The notes under the pieces were generated by a model, which was not told the origin of the DNA, made no database searches, and was given only the letters and a program-made list of their open reading frames with translations. Source: an uncultured Rhodopirellula sp. (lineage in GTDB: Bacteria; Planctomycetota; Planctomycetia; Pirellulales; Pirellulaceae). Taken from it: a stretch of DNA of 44,416 nt. Location: contig CAXGAI010000040.1 in assembly GCA_964007735.1 (NCBI GenBank), positions 1 through 44,416 on the forward strand. The letters run 5' to 3'. The position numbers and the translations under genes are program-made. Positions 10,119 to 20,756 of the stretch are shown here, in pieces. The stretch's first letter is position 1. Every line of letters begins with the position of its first letter.

Positions 10119-11693
10119 ATGAAACGCATTTTTACATTTTTGTTGCTTCTGCCATTTCTGGGACAGTTCTCAGATGGAATATCTGCTAGGGAACTTGACC
10201 CGTCGATCCGTCGCAGCCAGTCAAAAGATGGCGGAAGAGGCGTCAATATTCTTTTTGCGATATCGGATGATCAATCTTATCCCCATGCTTCCGCCTATGG
10301 GACGCGAGGGATTTCCACTCCAGGCTTTGATCAAGTGGCGAGCGAAGGTGTACTGATACATAACGCGATTGCAGGGTCTCCTGGCTGCGCTCCGTCCAGA
10401 GCAACATTGTTAACGGGGCGCTATCCCTGGCAAAATGAACATGCCGGTACGCATGCCAGTTCTTTTCCAGCTCACCTTAAAGTGTATCCGGAGTTGTTGG
10501 CAAATCATGGATATCATGTGGGGTACACAGGAAAGCCATGGGGGCCGGGCCGTTGGGATCTCACCGGAAGAAAGCAAAATCCTGCCGGGAAATCCTATGC
10601 CTCAGAAAAAGCCAAGCCTCCAGGTGGTTCGATAAGTTCGACGGATTATAACGCGAATTTCAGGAAATTTGTAAGTCAGCGTAAACCAGGTCAGCCTTTC
10701 TGCTTTTGGTTTGGCGCGCACGAACCACATCGCGCGTTTGAAGATGGGATTGGTTTGCGGTCGGGAAAGAAAATCGATTCGGTCGACGTGCCGGGCTTTC
10801 TGCCAGATCATGAAGTCATCCGTTCAGACTTGTTAGATTACTACACCGAAATAGAGCATTTTGATTCTCATTTATTGAAAATGATGGAGTACTTGAAAGA
10901 GATTGATGAACTGGATAATACTTTGATTGTTGTGACCAGTGACAATGGCATGGCTTTCCCGCGAGCTAAAGCCAATGGTTATGAATATGGCATTCATGTG
11001 CCAATGGCGGTGCGTTGGGGGGATCGTATCAAGGCAGGTCAGCAAACGGATGTTTTGATTAGCTTTGTAGATTTGGCGCCAACGTTTCTTGAAGTGGCAG
11101 GTGTTGAAATACCTCCGGAGATGACAGGGCAAAGCTTGCTGGGACTCTTGGGAGACAGACAAAGTGCCAAATGGCATAAACGCGAGGCTGTTTATAGTGC
11201 TCGTGAACGTCACTCGTCATCGCGATATATGAATTGGACGTATCCGCAAAGGTCAATGCGGACTCAGCAGTATTTGTTGATACGTAACTTCAGACCTGAT
11301 CGTTGGCCGGCTGGAGCTCCACAAAAGTACGATGCTCCGAATAAACTTGGTTTGATGCACGGCGGCTACCATGATATTGACGCCTGCCCCTCATTGACTT
11401 TTCTGATCGACCATCGTGCCGACCAAGACTTTGCTTCGTTCTTCTATTGGGCTGTAGAGAAACGCCCGGCTTGGGAGTTGTTTGATATTCAAAAAGATCC
11501 CGAATGCTTGAATAATCTCATTGATAACCAAGCGTTTGTTGGGGTCCGTAAGCGTTTGCAGGCAACGATGGTCCAATACCTGACGGAAACTGAAGACCCG
11601 CGTGTTTTGGATGGTGGAGATGTTTTTGAGTCTTATCCACGCTACAGCCGCATTCGCAGTTTTCCGGAACCGCCAGATACTTTAGAGGACTGA
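10119..11693 (+). CDS. Formylglycine-dependent sulfatase (N-sulfoglucosamine sulfohydrolase-like)
   Basis: NILFAISDDQ, CAPSRATLLTG (CxPxR), SDNG, ELFDIQKDPECLNNL. Confidence 0.92.
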   Translation: MKRIFTFLLLLPFLGQFSDGISARELDPSIRRSQSKDGGRGVNILFAISDDQSYPHASAYGTRGISTPGFDQVASEGVLIHNAIAGSPGCAPSRATLLTGRYPWQNEHAGTHASSFPAHLKVYPELLANHGYHVGYTGKPWGPGRWDLTGRKQNPAGKSYASEKAKPPGGSISSTDYNANFRKFVSQRKPGQPFCFWFGAHEPHRAFEDGIGLRSGKKIDSVDVPGFLPDHEVIRSDLLDYYTEIEHFDSHLLKMMEYLKEIDELDNTLIVVTSDNGMAFPRAKANGYEYGIHVPMAVRWGDRIKAGQQTDVLISFVDLAPTFLEVAGVEIPPEMTGQSLLGLLGDRQSAKWHKREAVYSARERHSSSRYMNWTYPQRSMRTQQYLLIRNFRPDRWPAGAPQKYDAPNKLGLMHGGYHDIDACPSLTFLIDHRADQDFASFFYWAVEKRPAWELFDIQKDPECLNNLIDNQAFVGVRKRLQATMVQYLTETEDPRVLDGGDVFESYPRYSRIRSFPEPPDTLED

Positions 11694-11699
11694 ATAGAT

Positions 11700-12911
11700 T
11701 TGCGATATTGTCTTTTGATGAGTTGCTTGCTCTTTGCTCGGTTAGTAAATGCAAGCGACGAACAACCGGCTAGTTGGCAGCGTCATACGATCGATGCGAC
11801 ATCAACAGGAGCTGATGGCGCACGGATGGCTGATGTGAATCGGGATGGATTTCCTGATTTGGTGACACCCTGGGAAGAGGGCGGAGTTATCCGCGTTTGT
11901 CTGCATCCGGGAAAGCAGAGAGTACATAGCCCATGGCCAGCAGTGACCGTTGGAACAGTTGCTTCCCCGGAGGATGCTGTTTTCGTGGACTTGGATCATG
12001 ATGGTTGGATTGATGTTGTGAGTAGTTCGGAAGGCTCATTGAAAACCATGCACGTTCACTGGGCCCCCAATAATTCGGCTGAGTATTTGCAGGCAACGGC
12101 ATGGAAAACGGAGGCTATTCCGGCAACCCGGGGTCTACAGGCGTGGATGTTTGCCATGCCGATGAACGTAGATGACAAGCATGGGATTGATTTGATTGTT
12201 TCGTCCAAAGCTGCAGAAGCCGGAGTAGGATGGTTGCAGGCGCCAGCAGACCCAAGGGATCTCCATGCCTGGAGGTACCGTCGTCTAACGGATGGCGGTT
12301 GGATAATGTCGCTGATAAAAGCAGATTTGAATCACGACGGACTTGACGATGTTTTGTTTACTGATCGTCGAGGTGCGAACCGGGGGGTGAAGTGGTTGCA
12401 GCACCCCGGAGTTAAGGAAGTGATAGCTCCGGATTCTGGTAAGTGGACAGTTCACCAACTGGGGGGAGCAGACCATGAAGTGATGTTCATGGACTACGCT
12501 GACTTTAATTCAGATGGCGTGAAAGACATTACAGTGGCAACTCAACAAAAGGAAATTCTACTGTTTCAATCTCCCGCTGCGAAAGTCACGACGATTCCGG
12601 CGCCTTATGATTTACTAAAAGGGAAATCGGTTCGAGTTGGTGATATTGATTTAGATGGAGTGGTGGACTTTGTACATAGCACGGAGCCTAATGCTGGGCC
12701 AAGAAAGCCTGGAGTGACTTGGTTAAGAAGGAAGTCCAAGGGAGATCTAACACCTCAGGTGTTTCCGATAAGCGATCTGCGAGGGACTAAATTCGATTTA
12801 TTGCAGTTATTCGATATCGATTTAGACGGTGACCTGGATGTGATCACGTGCGAAGAGCGGGATAACCTTGGATTGATTTGGTACGAAAACCCAACTATTA
12901 AAAAACGGTGA
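11700..12911 (+). CDS. FG-GAP/VCBS repeat exported protein
   Basis: Repeated DxxxDGxxD motifs (DVNRDGFPD, DLDHDGWID, DLNHDGLDD, DFNSDGVKD, DIDLDGDLD) and a signal peptide; 6 bp after the sulfatase. Confidence 0.85.
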   Translation: MRYCLLMSCLLFARLVNASDEQPASWQRHTIDATSTGADGARMADVNRDGFPDLVTPWEEGGVIRVCLHPGKQRVHSPWPAVTVGTVASPEDAVFVDLDHDGWIDVVSSSEGSLKTMHVHWAPNNSAEYLQATAWKTEAIPATRGLQAWMFAMPMNVDDKHGIDLIVSSKAAEAGVGWLQAPADPRDLHAWRYRRLTDGGWIMSLIKADLNHDGLDDVLFTDRRGANRGVKWLQHPGVKEVIAPDSGKWTVHQLGGADHEVMFMDYADFNSDGVKDITVATQQKEILLFQSPAAKVTTIPAPYDLLKGKSVRVGDIDLDGVVDFVHSTEPNAGPRKPGVTWLRRKSKGDLTPQVFPISDLRGTKFDLLQLFDIDLDGDLDVITCEERDNLGLIWYENPTIKKR

Positions 12912-12950
12912 GGCCCGGGATACCTACTTGCCCGTGAGAACGTTTCTAAG

Positions 12951-14291
12951 TCACTGATTTTTGACGTCGATGACCCATTGTTCGTGCAACTTGAGTAACT
13001 CATTTACTACTTCAGGCTGCTGCTGGGCAAAATTTTTCATTTCGGTCGGATCTTCACGAAGGTTCGCCAGAAAGAGTTTGTCGGTCGGGGTGATTGGTGC
13101 TTTCATACTCGTGTCACGCGGGTTGCCTAATAGTTTCCAATCACCTTTGCGAACGGCCCAGGGGGGATTCTTGCCCCCTCCGGTCTGCCAGTGAAAAACA
13201 TCATGAGGCGATCGAACCTCTGCTGACATGAGCAGGTTTGTGATGTCTTTCCCGTCGATTCGATGGTCGATTTTTTTGATGCCAGCCAGATTGGCAACCG
13301 TTGGAAACCAATCTATCGCCGTCGCCAACTGATCTCGGGATTCCCCTTCGGGTAGGTGGCCGGGCCAACTAATGATTGCCGGCACCCGAATGCCACCTTC
13401 AAACAAACTGAACTTTGCTCCCCGATAGATTCCAGCACTCCCCCCCCCTCCAAAGGTTCGTTCTTCCTGAGAATGACCATGATCTGACTGGAAGACGATA
13501 ATGGTGTCTTTTCTCAAGCCGAGACTTTCGACTTTGCTAACCAGTTTGCCGATCATTTCGTCCATGGTAGAGATTAAGGTGGCATACATGCGACGAGGTG
13601 CCTCTAAATCCTTGTAATGTTGTCTCCATTTTTCAGTGCCCTGTAGCGGATAGTGAGGAATATTCATTGCAAAATACATGAAGAACGGCTTCTTCTGATT
13701 TGCTTCAATAAACGCTGACGCTTCGTTGACCATCAGTTGTGGAAAATAAGAACCGTCCCTCCAGATTTCATTCCCATTTTTCCAGAGGTCGTGCCGATTG
13801 GGTCCGTTCCAATAAAAGAAGTGTGAATAGTTGTCAATGCAACCTCCCATATGCCCAAAGGAATAGTCAAATCCTTGATTGTTTGGCATGGTTGCTTCGT
13901 CATAACCGAGGTGCCACTTGCCGATATGAGCGGTGTTGTAGCCAGCGGCTTTGAAAGTTTCTGCCATCGTTATTTGGTGGGCAGGCATTCCGGCATGCCC
14001 TTTATGCGAAGAGACATTACCAGGGATTTGAGCTCGCTGTGGGTAACGACCCGTGATAACAGCGCCGCGTGATGGTGAACAAACCGGCGCAGCTGAGTAG
14101 AACTGACTGAATTTTACGCCTTGTTTTGCAAGTCTGTCCATATGAGGAGTCGTAAGATCTTTAGCCCCGTAACAATTTACATCAATGGTTCCCTGATCAT
14201 CGGTATAGATGAGAATCACGTTGGGTTGCCGAGCTTGCGTAGTGGTTAACGCGATGACGGAAAACAACAGAGAGAAAAGTGTTTTTTTCAT
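12951..14291 (-). CDS. Arylsulfatase-family sulfatase
   Basis: PNVILIYTDDQG, CSPSRGAVITG, GYNTAHIGKWHLG, SDHG, FEGGIRVP. Confidence 0.93.
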   Translation of the reverse strand: MKKTLFSLLFSVIALTTTQARQPNVILIYTDDQGTIDVNCYGAKDLTTPHMDRLAKQGVKFSQFYSAAPVCSPSRGAVITGRYPQRAQIPGNVSSHKGHAGMPAHQITMAETFKAAGYNTAHIGKWHLGYDEATMPNNQGFDYSFGHMGGCIDNYSHFFYWNGPNRHDLWKNGNEIWRDGSYFPQLMVNEASAFIEANQKKPFFMYFAMNIPHYPLQGTEKWRQHYKDLEAPRRMYATLISTMDEMIGKLVSKVESLGLRKDTIIVFQSDHGHSQEERTFGGGGSAGIYRGAKFSLFEGGIRVPAIISWPGHLPEGESRDQLATAIDWFPTVANLAGIKKIDHRIDGKDITNLLMSAEVRSPHDVFHWQTGGGKNPPWAVRKGDWKLLGNPRDTSMKAPITPTDKLFLANLREDPTEMKNFAQQQPEVVNELLKLHEQWVIDVKNQ

Positions 14292-14314
14292 AGAGTGAAT
14301 ACTTTTTAGTGAGT

Positions 14315-14977
14315 TTAGGTGCGGATAGCTGTTTGCCAGATGTCATTAGAATGGACATCCATTGCTGTGAGGACTCCGTTTCCAAAACAAAAAGTATCTA
14401 AGCATACGAGATGGCCAAAGTCGAGGATTTTTCCATTCTTTTGAGGAGTGTGGCCGACGATGACACGTTTGCCAGAAACGTGTGGTTGGGGTCGCAGGTC
14501 AGTCAAGTGTGTCCAGAGAAGGATTTGCGGCGTTTGTTGATCAAGTGGTGTCGCTGGTAGGTAGTTGGCATGTACGAATAAATGATCATCGGTTTCGTAA
14601 AATCGTACACACTCGCGAAGAAATGCCAGATGCTCTTGGGGAATTGACGAAATATCCCCACCGTAACTATCGAGTGTTTGTTGTCCACCGAATTGGATCC
14701 ATAATGATTGCATCAGTGGTTGCTGCAAAGCGTCGAGAAGCATGACTTCGTGATTGCCAATTAAAGGTATGACATGGCACTGCTCCCGAAGTGCCATGAC
14801 GGTCTCAATGACCGTTTTTGAATCAGGTCCTCGGTCGATGTAATCCCCGAGGAAAATGATAGTGTCTTCCGGGGATGGCTGTATCAAATCCAATAGGGCC
14901 TGCAGTTCACTGGCGCAACCATGGATGTCTCCGATGGCAATGGTACGACCTGCGTTGTTCGAGATGGCTTCTGGCAA
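14315..14977 (-). CDS. Metallophosphoesterase (PphA-like Ser/Thr protein phosphatase family)
   Basis: GDIHG, GDYIDRG, GNHE, FVHA, GHTP motifs. Confidence 0.92.
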   Translation of the reverse strand: MPEAISNNAGRTIAIGDIHGCASELQALLDLIQPSPEDTIIFLGDYIDRGPDSKTVIETVMALREQCHVIPLIGNHEVMLLDALQQPLMQSLWIQFGGQQTLDSYGGDISSIPQEHLAFLRECVRFYETDDHLFVHANYLPATPLDQQTPQILLWTHLTDLRPQPHVSGKRVIVGHTPQKNGKILDFGHLVCLDTFCFGNGVLTAMDVHSNDIWQTAIRT

Positions 14978-14998
14978 CTTACTTACTTCACGAGAGGA

Positions 14999-15571
14999 TT
15001 AGTTGATTTCGGGATTGGGTGGAATCTGGTGTTGGCCGGTGGCCGCTTGCAGTACGGTATGCCCCAGTCGTTGGCACAGTGATTTCCAGGGGTCCGTAGT
15101 GTCCATGCTGAAGATGTCCTCCGGGGAGGCTGGAGCGACGAGCCAGCCGCCCTGTTGTAACTCCGCATCAAGTTGTCCTTCTGCCCAGCCGGCGTATCCT
15201 GAGAATACTTTATAAGGCAGAGCTTTTTCAGAAACGAGTTTGGCAAGATTGGTTTTTCGGGAGGAAACGTACAACCCCGGCATGACTTGCTGTTCACTGT
15301 ATTCCGCCCGTGTGTGTAGCAGCATAATCGGGCCTTCTACCGGACCGCCAATATACAGGACTCCTTCATTTGCCAGAGAGGTGCCTGTCATTACTTCCCA
15401 GATGTTATCAATTTCGCTGTTGGTAGGTCGGTTAATAACTAACCCCAAGGCTCCATTTTCGTCGTGTTGTAGTACGAGTACGATGGCGCGGTGAAAATTG
15501 GGTTCGATTAACCCGGGAGGAGCGACTAAAAATTGGCCTTGAAGAGTTTCCATATAGAAAGGCTCCGACAC
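14999..15571 (-). CDS. YqgE/AlgH family protein
   Basis: GALGLVINRP, YIGGPV, SGYAGWAEGQLDAELQQGGW. Confidence 0.92.
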   Translation of the reverse strand: MSEPFYMETLQGQFLVAPPGLIEPNFHRAIVLVLQHDENGALGLVINRPTNSEIDNIWEVMTGTSLANEGVLYIGGPVEGPIMLLHTRAEYSEQQVMPGLYVSSRKTNLAKLVSEKALPYKVFSGYAGWAEGQLDAELQQGGWLVAPASPEDIFSMDTTDPWKSLCQRLGHTVLQAATGQHQIPPNPEIN

Positions 15572-15582
15572 ACAGTTTCAAA

Positions 15583-16578
15583 TTAACCTTGGAAGGTTTC
15601 TTTCCAATAACAGCCGGCCCATGAGAGCCCAACCCCGAAGCCAACGAGTAAGTTTTGCATGCCGGCTTTTAGGTCGCCTGATTCGCGCATTTGATGAATC
15701 AGGATCGGAAGAGTTGAAGACACGGTGTTTCCAACGTGGGACAATCGGATGGGGACTTGCGCTTGTGGTACATCAATTCTGGCTGCTAATTCAGAAAGCA
15801 TTTTATGAGTAGCCTGATGCATCAGGAAATAATCAATATCGGCTTTAGTAATTCCTGAACTGGCTAGAAGCTCATCGACGAGCCCCGGGATAGCGTCTAC
15901 CGTGAAACTGATCAGGCTTGGGCCGTCCATGTAGAGATCACTGTCCCAGCGATGTCTATTGCGTGGAGGCATTGGTTGTCTCGGTCCGCTTTTGGTCAAA
16001 AGTAGCATGTCCGCCCCCGTACCATCCGTTCCAAACTTGAAGTGTTGAAACCCTGGTTCATCGCTGGCTTCAATAAGTGAAGCGGCAGCTCCGTCTCCAA
16101 AGATTGTTCTTAGACTGCGGTCATTGCGATCAATGTATTTAGTGTAAGTCTCAGCGGTAATAAATAGGATCCGTTTTGCCGCTCCGCTCTTGATTAAACC
16201 ATCGGCCATTGCCAGACCGTAAACATAGCCGGAGCAGCCGAGATTGAAATCTAACGCGCCACATGAAGTTGGTAGGCCTAGACGTTGCTGCATAAGGCAT
16301 GACGTGGTAGGTAATGGGCAGTCGGGAGTTTGTGTGCAAAAAAGTAGGAAATCAATCGAGTTGCGATCAATGTCGAACTTCTCCAATAGCTTTTCCGCGG
16401 CAGCCACCCCCAGATCCGATGCATATTCGTCGTCAGCTGCGATATGACGTTGATAGATTCCGGTCTTTTCTTGAATCAGGTCGAGATTCCAGCGAGGAAA
16501 TTCATCACGAAGAGTATCGATGGACTCAACTTTTTCGGGAAAATGGAGAGCGATAGGTCCGATCGAAGCGTATTGCAC
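15583..16578 (-). CDS. fabH: 3-oxoacyl-ACP synthase III (FabH family)
   Basis: Cys-His-Asn triad in DFNLGCSGY, HQA and GNTVS; FGDGAAA; GFGVGLSW. GTG 16578 preferred; the ORF extends to 16620. Confidence 0.88.
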   Translation of the reverse strand: MQYASIGPIALHFPEKVESIDTLRDEFPRWNLDLIQEKTGIYQRHIAADDEYASDLGVAAAEKLLEKFDIDRNSIDFLLFCTQTPDCPLPTTSCLMQQRLGLPTSCGALDFNLGCSGYVYGLAMADGLIKSGAAKRILFITAETYTKYIDRNDRSLRTIFGDGAAASLIEASDEPGFQHFKFGTDGTGADMLLLTKSGPRQPMPPRNRHRWDSDLYMDGPSLISFTVDAIPGLVDELLASSGITKADIDYFLMHQATHKMLSELAARIDVPQAQVPIRLSHVGNTVSSTLPILIHQMRESGDLKAGMQNLLVGFGVGLSWAGCYWKETFQG

Positions 16579-16788
16579 AGATAGATTCCCGGAGGTTTGA
16601 TTATGAGGCCGATGTTTCACCGGGCCTGCCTAAACCTGTATCATATGTGAAGACTATTGGAGCCAATTAGGGGGGCTCCAAGGCACCCAGTAATTGGTCT
16701 CCTGTAAAGAACTTACGATACACGCGAACTGCGAAATGGTCAATTGTTCAGGTTTGCAAACCCGTCCTTCCTTTTGAGCCGTTAGAGA

Positions 16789-17643
16789 ATGAATTCTGAG
16801 CAAAAACAACTTGGTGTTTCTGGATTTAAGGGCTTTCGTGTATCGATAGCGAGAAGAGTTTGGTGCTCGCGAACTCTGCTGGCGGCAGTAGGGTACACCT
16901 GTTTTATGTCTGAAAGTCAGACACAAGGGTTTATTGAAAAGGACTGGCTCTATTTTCATTATGGTCACGAGCCTAAATCACTCTCAGATGTTCTAAGTAG
17001 GTTGAGAACTCTGCCCGATCGTCTGTCTGATTTTTGTCGTTATAAATTAACGGTTTCTCCCGTGCATGTAATCATTTTTCCTGACCGTGAAGCCTACCTT
17101 CGTCACTTGGAGAAAACTCTTCCCAAAGCGCCTCGTCGTACATCACTATTTGTTGTGCGAGGAGGTAAACCAACCATTTTGGCCGCCGATGGTCCTTCCT
17201 TGCAACGTGACTTATTGCATGAAGCAGTGCATGCCATCAACTTTGCGACGTTTGGCTCGGGGCAGTTCCCATTATGGTTGGATGAGGGTATGGCTGAGTG
17301 GTTTGAGGCGGATGAAAGTGAACAAGCGAAAACCCACGGAGATCTGATTAATACCATTATGGGAGACCAGCGTACGGCGTTAGCTGTGCCACTGAAATTG
17401 ACATCCATTGAACGCATCAAAACGTCCACCAAGGCAGATGCGTTATCGTATGCTGCGAGTTGGGCCTGGTGTCGTTTTCTTGGAGACCGCTCCACGCCCT
17501 GTCATCGTATTTGGGTGCGATATTTGGCCGATATTCAGTCAGGAACTCCTGCCGGTAACCTTAGCCACCGTTTAGCTCTGGCCGTGCCAAATTACGAAGT
17601 GCTTTTTCTCCGGAGTCTTTCGCTAAAGACCATGAGCAAATAA
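16789..17643 (+). CDS. HExxH gluzincin-like protein (DUF1570/peptidase MA-like)
   Basis: LLHEAVHA...PLWLDEGMAEWFE and YAASWAWCRFL. Start uncertain. Confidence 0.7.
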   Translation: MNSEQKQLGVSGFKGFRVSIARRVWCSRTLLAAVGYTCFMSESQTQGFIEKDWLYFHYGHEPKSLSDVLSRLRTLPDRLSDFCRYKLTVSPVHVIIFPDREAYLRHLEKTLPKAPRRTSLFVVRGGKPTILAADGPSLQRDLLHEAVHAINFATFGSGQFPLWLDEGMAEWFEADESEQAKTHGDLINTIMGDQRTALAVPLKLTSIERIKTSTKADALSYAASWAWCRFLGDRSTPCHRIWVRYLADIQSGTPAGNLSHRLALAVPNYEVLFLRSLSLKTMSK

Positions 17644-17744
17644 CTCGAACTTATTAATAAGCCGCGCATTTGAACGAATTGGTGTTTTAGCCGTATGTCG
17701 TATAGTAGGTTGCCAAGACCAAATGCCGCCACTAGTAATCTTGA

Positions 17745-19076
17745 ATGTTGAATCTTATGTTTCAGACTTTGCTCAACGCCATTGATACTCGTAAGGCCAG
17801 GGTCGGGGTAATCGGTCTCGGGTATGTAGGTTTGCCACTTGTTCGGGCATTTGTGTCTGCGGGTTATCATACTCTGGGGTTTGACATTGATCCGTCGAAA
17901 GTGGATCAGTTGCTGGCTGGTAAGAGTTATATCTCCCATATCTCAGCCGAATGGATCTCATCTTCCATCGCCGACCAAACATTTGTTCCAACCGTGGATA
18001 TGAGTCGTTTGTCGGAAGTTGATATTATTTTGATTTGTGTGCCTACGCCTTTGAATTCTGATCGTGATCCGGATCTACAATATGTGATTGGAACAACCAG
18101 AACGATCGCTCAGAATCTGCGTTGCGGGCAATTGATCGTTCTGGAAAGTACAACCTACCCTGGAACCACCCGAGATATTATCTTGCCCCTGCTGACGGCT
18201 ACGGGCAAGCAGTTTGGCGAGGATTTCTTTCTGGCATACAGCCCAGAGCGAGAAGATCCAGGCAATGCAAACTTCACGGCTCGTCAGATTCCCAAAGTAG
18301 TTGGCGGTATTAATGAGCAAAGTCGTGAATTGGCAGTCTCGCTTTATGGTAGTGCGGTGGTTGAAGTGGTGCCCGTGTCGAATTGTGAGGTAGCTGAGGC
18401 GTGTAAAATTCTTGAAAACACTTATCGCAGTGTGAATATTGCGATGGTCAATGAATTGAAGACTCTATTCGACCGTTTGGAAATTGATATCTGGGAAGTT
18501 ATTGCCGCGGCAAGAACAAAACCATTTGGTTTTCAACCGTTTTATCCAGGGCCTGGGTTGGGGGGGCACTGCATCCCGATCGACCCCTTCTATCTGAGTT
18601 GGTTGGCACGTGAGAACGGTATGGAAACACGGTTTATTGAATTAGCAGGTGAAGTGAATGCTTCAATGCCTCACTACGTTGTTTCAAAACTGGTGAAGGC
18701 ACTCAATGATGTGGGAAAAGCTGTAAACGGATCTAGGGTGGGCATTCTTGGAATTGCGTACAAGAAAGATGTGGATGATCCGCGAGAAAGTCCGTCGTTT
18801 CGATTGTTGGAGTTGTTAGGCGAGTTGAAGGCTGATTTGAGTTATGCTGATCCACACATACCCAAATTACCCCCGATGCGAAGCTTTGAAGTGCCTGAAC
18901 TAATTGCTCAGCCACTAACCTCTGAATATCTCCTGTCTTTGGACGCAGTCATAATCTCGACCGATCATACTATTTTTGATTACCAACTGATTGCCGATCA
19001 TGCAGCATTGGTGATTGATACCCGTAATGCAATGGCGGCGACGGAATTGTCTCGAGCCAACGTGATTAAAGCTTGA
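17745..19076 (+). CDS. Nucleotide-sugar 6-dehydrogenase (UDP-GlcNAc dehydrogenase, WbpA/TviB-like)
   Basis: GLGYVGLP, CVPTP, ESTTYPGTT, SPEREDPG, GPGLGGHCIPIDP, AYKKDVDDPRESP. Confidence 0.9.
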   Translation: MLNLMFQTLLNAIDTRKARVGVIGLGYVGLPLVRAFVSAGYHTLGFDIDPSKVDQLLAGKSYISHISAEWISSSIADQTFVPTVDMSRLSEVDIILICVPTPLNSDRDPDLQYVIGTTRTIAQNLRCGQLIVLESTTYPGTTRDIILPLLTATGKQFGEDFFLAYSPEREDPGNANFTARQIPKVVGGINEQSRELAVSLYGSAVVEVVPVSNCEVAEACKILENTYRSVNIAMVNELKTLFDRLEIDIWEVIAAARTKPFGFQPFYPGPGLGGHCIPIDPFYLSWLARENGMETRFIELAGEVNASMPHYVVSKLVKALNDVGKAVNGSRVGILGIAYKKDVDDPRESPSFRLLELLGELKADLSYADPHIPKLPPMRSFEVPELIAQPLTSEYLLSLDAVIISTDHTIFDYQLIADHAALVIDTRNAMAATELSRANVIKA

Positions 19077-19134
19077 TCGCCGCGGCTTTTAGACAGTTCG
19101 GGCCCGGTAAGCGCTCTCCTATGGCAGACGACAT

Positions 19135-19160
19135 AAAAACGCCCGGATTGGGCGGTTTTT
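19135..19160 (+). terminator. Probable intrinsic terminator after the sugar dehydrogenase gene
   Basis: AAAAACGCCC-GGATT-GGGCGGTTTTT: GC stem flanked by A and T tracts. Confidence 0.55.
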
Positions 19161-19267
19161 AGAATCTAAGGTGACAACTATACTTAATAGACGCGCAATT
19201 GCTATTGGCAGGCACTGGGGCCTGCCAAGACTCTTATAAATCGTCAAACCAAGAGATGTAAATAACT

Positions 19268-20701
19268 ATGAGCATTGATGCAAATGCAGATAGCGCCCGC
19301 CCTCGTACGATGTTCGAGAAGATATGGGAACAGCATGTAGTGCATGCTGAAGAAGGTAAGCAAACAATTTTGTATATCGATTTGCAATTGGTACACGAAG
19401 TGACTAGTGCACAGGCATTTGAAGGTCTGCGGTTATCAGGACGGAAGATTCGCCGTCCTGAACGTACGGTTGCGACTCCGGACCACAACGTGCCAACAAC
19501 CGATCGCAGCCTGCCAATTGCTGATCCGGTTGCTGCATTGCAAGTCGAGACATTGCGAAACAACTGTGAAGAATTTGGCGTAAAACTTTACGATATTGAT
19601 TCGGAGAATCAGGGGATCGTTCATGTAATCGGTCCTGAATTAGGGTACACACAGCCTGGTATGACCATCGTGTGTGGTGATAGTCATACCGCGACTCATG
19701 GTGCATTCGGTGCTTTGGCATTTGGAATTGGTACCAGTGAAGTCGAACATGTGTTGGCCACTCAGACGCTCCCGCAATACAAGCCAAAGACAATGGAATT
19801 GCGAGTGGATGGTAAATTAGGACCGGGCGTCACAGCGAAGGATCTTGTCCTCTATTTGATCGGAGATCTGACCACGGCCGGGGGCACCGGTTATGTGCTT
19901 GAGTACACGGGGGAAGTTATCCGGCAACTTTCGGTAGAAGAGAGGATGACTGTTTGCAATATGTCTATCGAAGCAGGCGCGCGTGCTGGTTTGATCGCGC
20001 CCGATGAAAAGACGATCGAATACATTCGTGGACGCAAATTTGCTCCTCAGGATTTCGAAGCGGCCGCTGAACGATGGCGGCAGTTGCCATCCGATGACGG
20101 TGCCGTTTATGATGTCAGCAAAGTTTACAACGGAGCCGATATTCAGCCGCAGGTTACCTGGGGGACAAATCCCGGGCAGGTGATCTCCGTGACGGCTCCA
20201 ATTCCCGGTCCTGCTGATTTTGATGATGAAGTAGATCAGAAAACTACCGCTCGAGCTTTGGAGTACATGGGATTACAAGCGGGTAGGAAATTAACTGACT
20301 TTGGCGTTGAGCGAGTCTTTATTGGATCTTGTACCAATTCAAGAATCGAAGATCTTCGAGCAGCAGCTGCTGTTGCTAAGGGCTACAAGGTTTCAGACTC
20401 TGTTCATGCAATGGTTGTTCCAGGCAGTGGTGTTGTGAAGCGACAGGCCGAAAAGGAGGGGTTGGATCGTATTTTCACTGAAGCGGGCTTTGAGTGGCGT
20501 GAAGCAGGTTGCAGCATGTGTCTTGCGATGAATCCAGACAAATTGGAACCTGGAGAGCGTTGTGCTTCAACAAGTAACCGAAACTTCGAAGGTCGTCAGG
20601 GTAAAGGGGGACGCACTCACCTTGTCTCTCCGGCGATGGCTGCTGCGGCGGCAGTTCGAGGTTCGTTTGTAGATGTTCGAGACTGGAACTTTCAAGGCTA
20701 A
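19268..20701 (+). CDS. leuC: 3-isopropylmalate dehydratase large subunit
   Basis: [57 protein letters not shown]. Confidence 0.98.
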   Translation: MSIDANADSARPRTMFEKIWEQHVVHAEEGKQTILYIDLQLVHEVTSAQAFEGLRLSGRKIRRPERTVATPDHNVPTTDRSLPIADPVAALQVETLRNNCEEFGVKLYDIDSENQGIVHVIGPELGYTQPGMTIVCGDSHTATHGAFGALAFGIGTSEVEHVLATQTLPQYKPKTMELRVDGKLGPGVTAKDLVLYLIGDLTTAGGTGYVLEYTGEVIRQLSVEERMTVCNMSIEAGARAGLIAPDEKTIEYIRGRKFAPQDFEAAAERWRQLPSDDGAVYDVSKVYNGADIQPQVTWGTNPGQVISVTAPIPGPADFDDEVDQKTTARALEYMGLQAGRKLTDFGVERVFIGSCTNSRIEDLRAAAAVAKGYKVSDSVHAMVVPGSGVVKRQAEKEGLDRIFTEAGFEWREAGCSMCLAMNPDKLEPGERCASTSNRNFEGRQGKGGRTHLVSPAMAAAAAVRGSFVDVRDWNFQG

Positions 20702-20756
20702 ACAATCCGAAGCCCGCTGCGTTGCAGGCTTGAATAATAAGAGGGGTTACCATTTG

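Noticed and set aside
17745..19076. O-antigen or capsule cluster around the sugar dehydrogenase
   Set aside because: The gene is isolated; no glycosyltransferase, flippase or polymerase is nearby.
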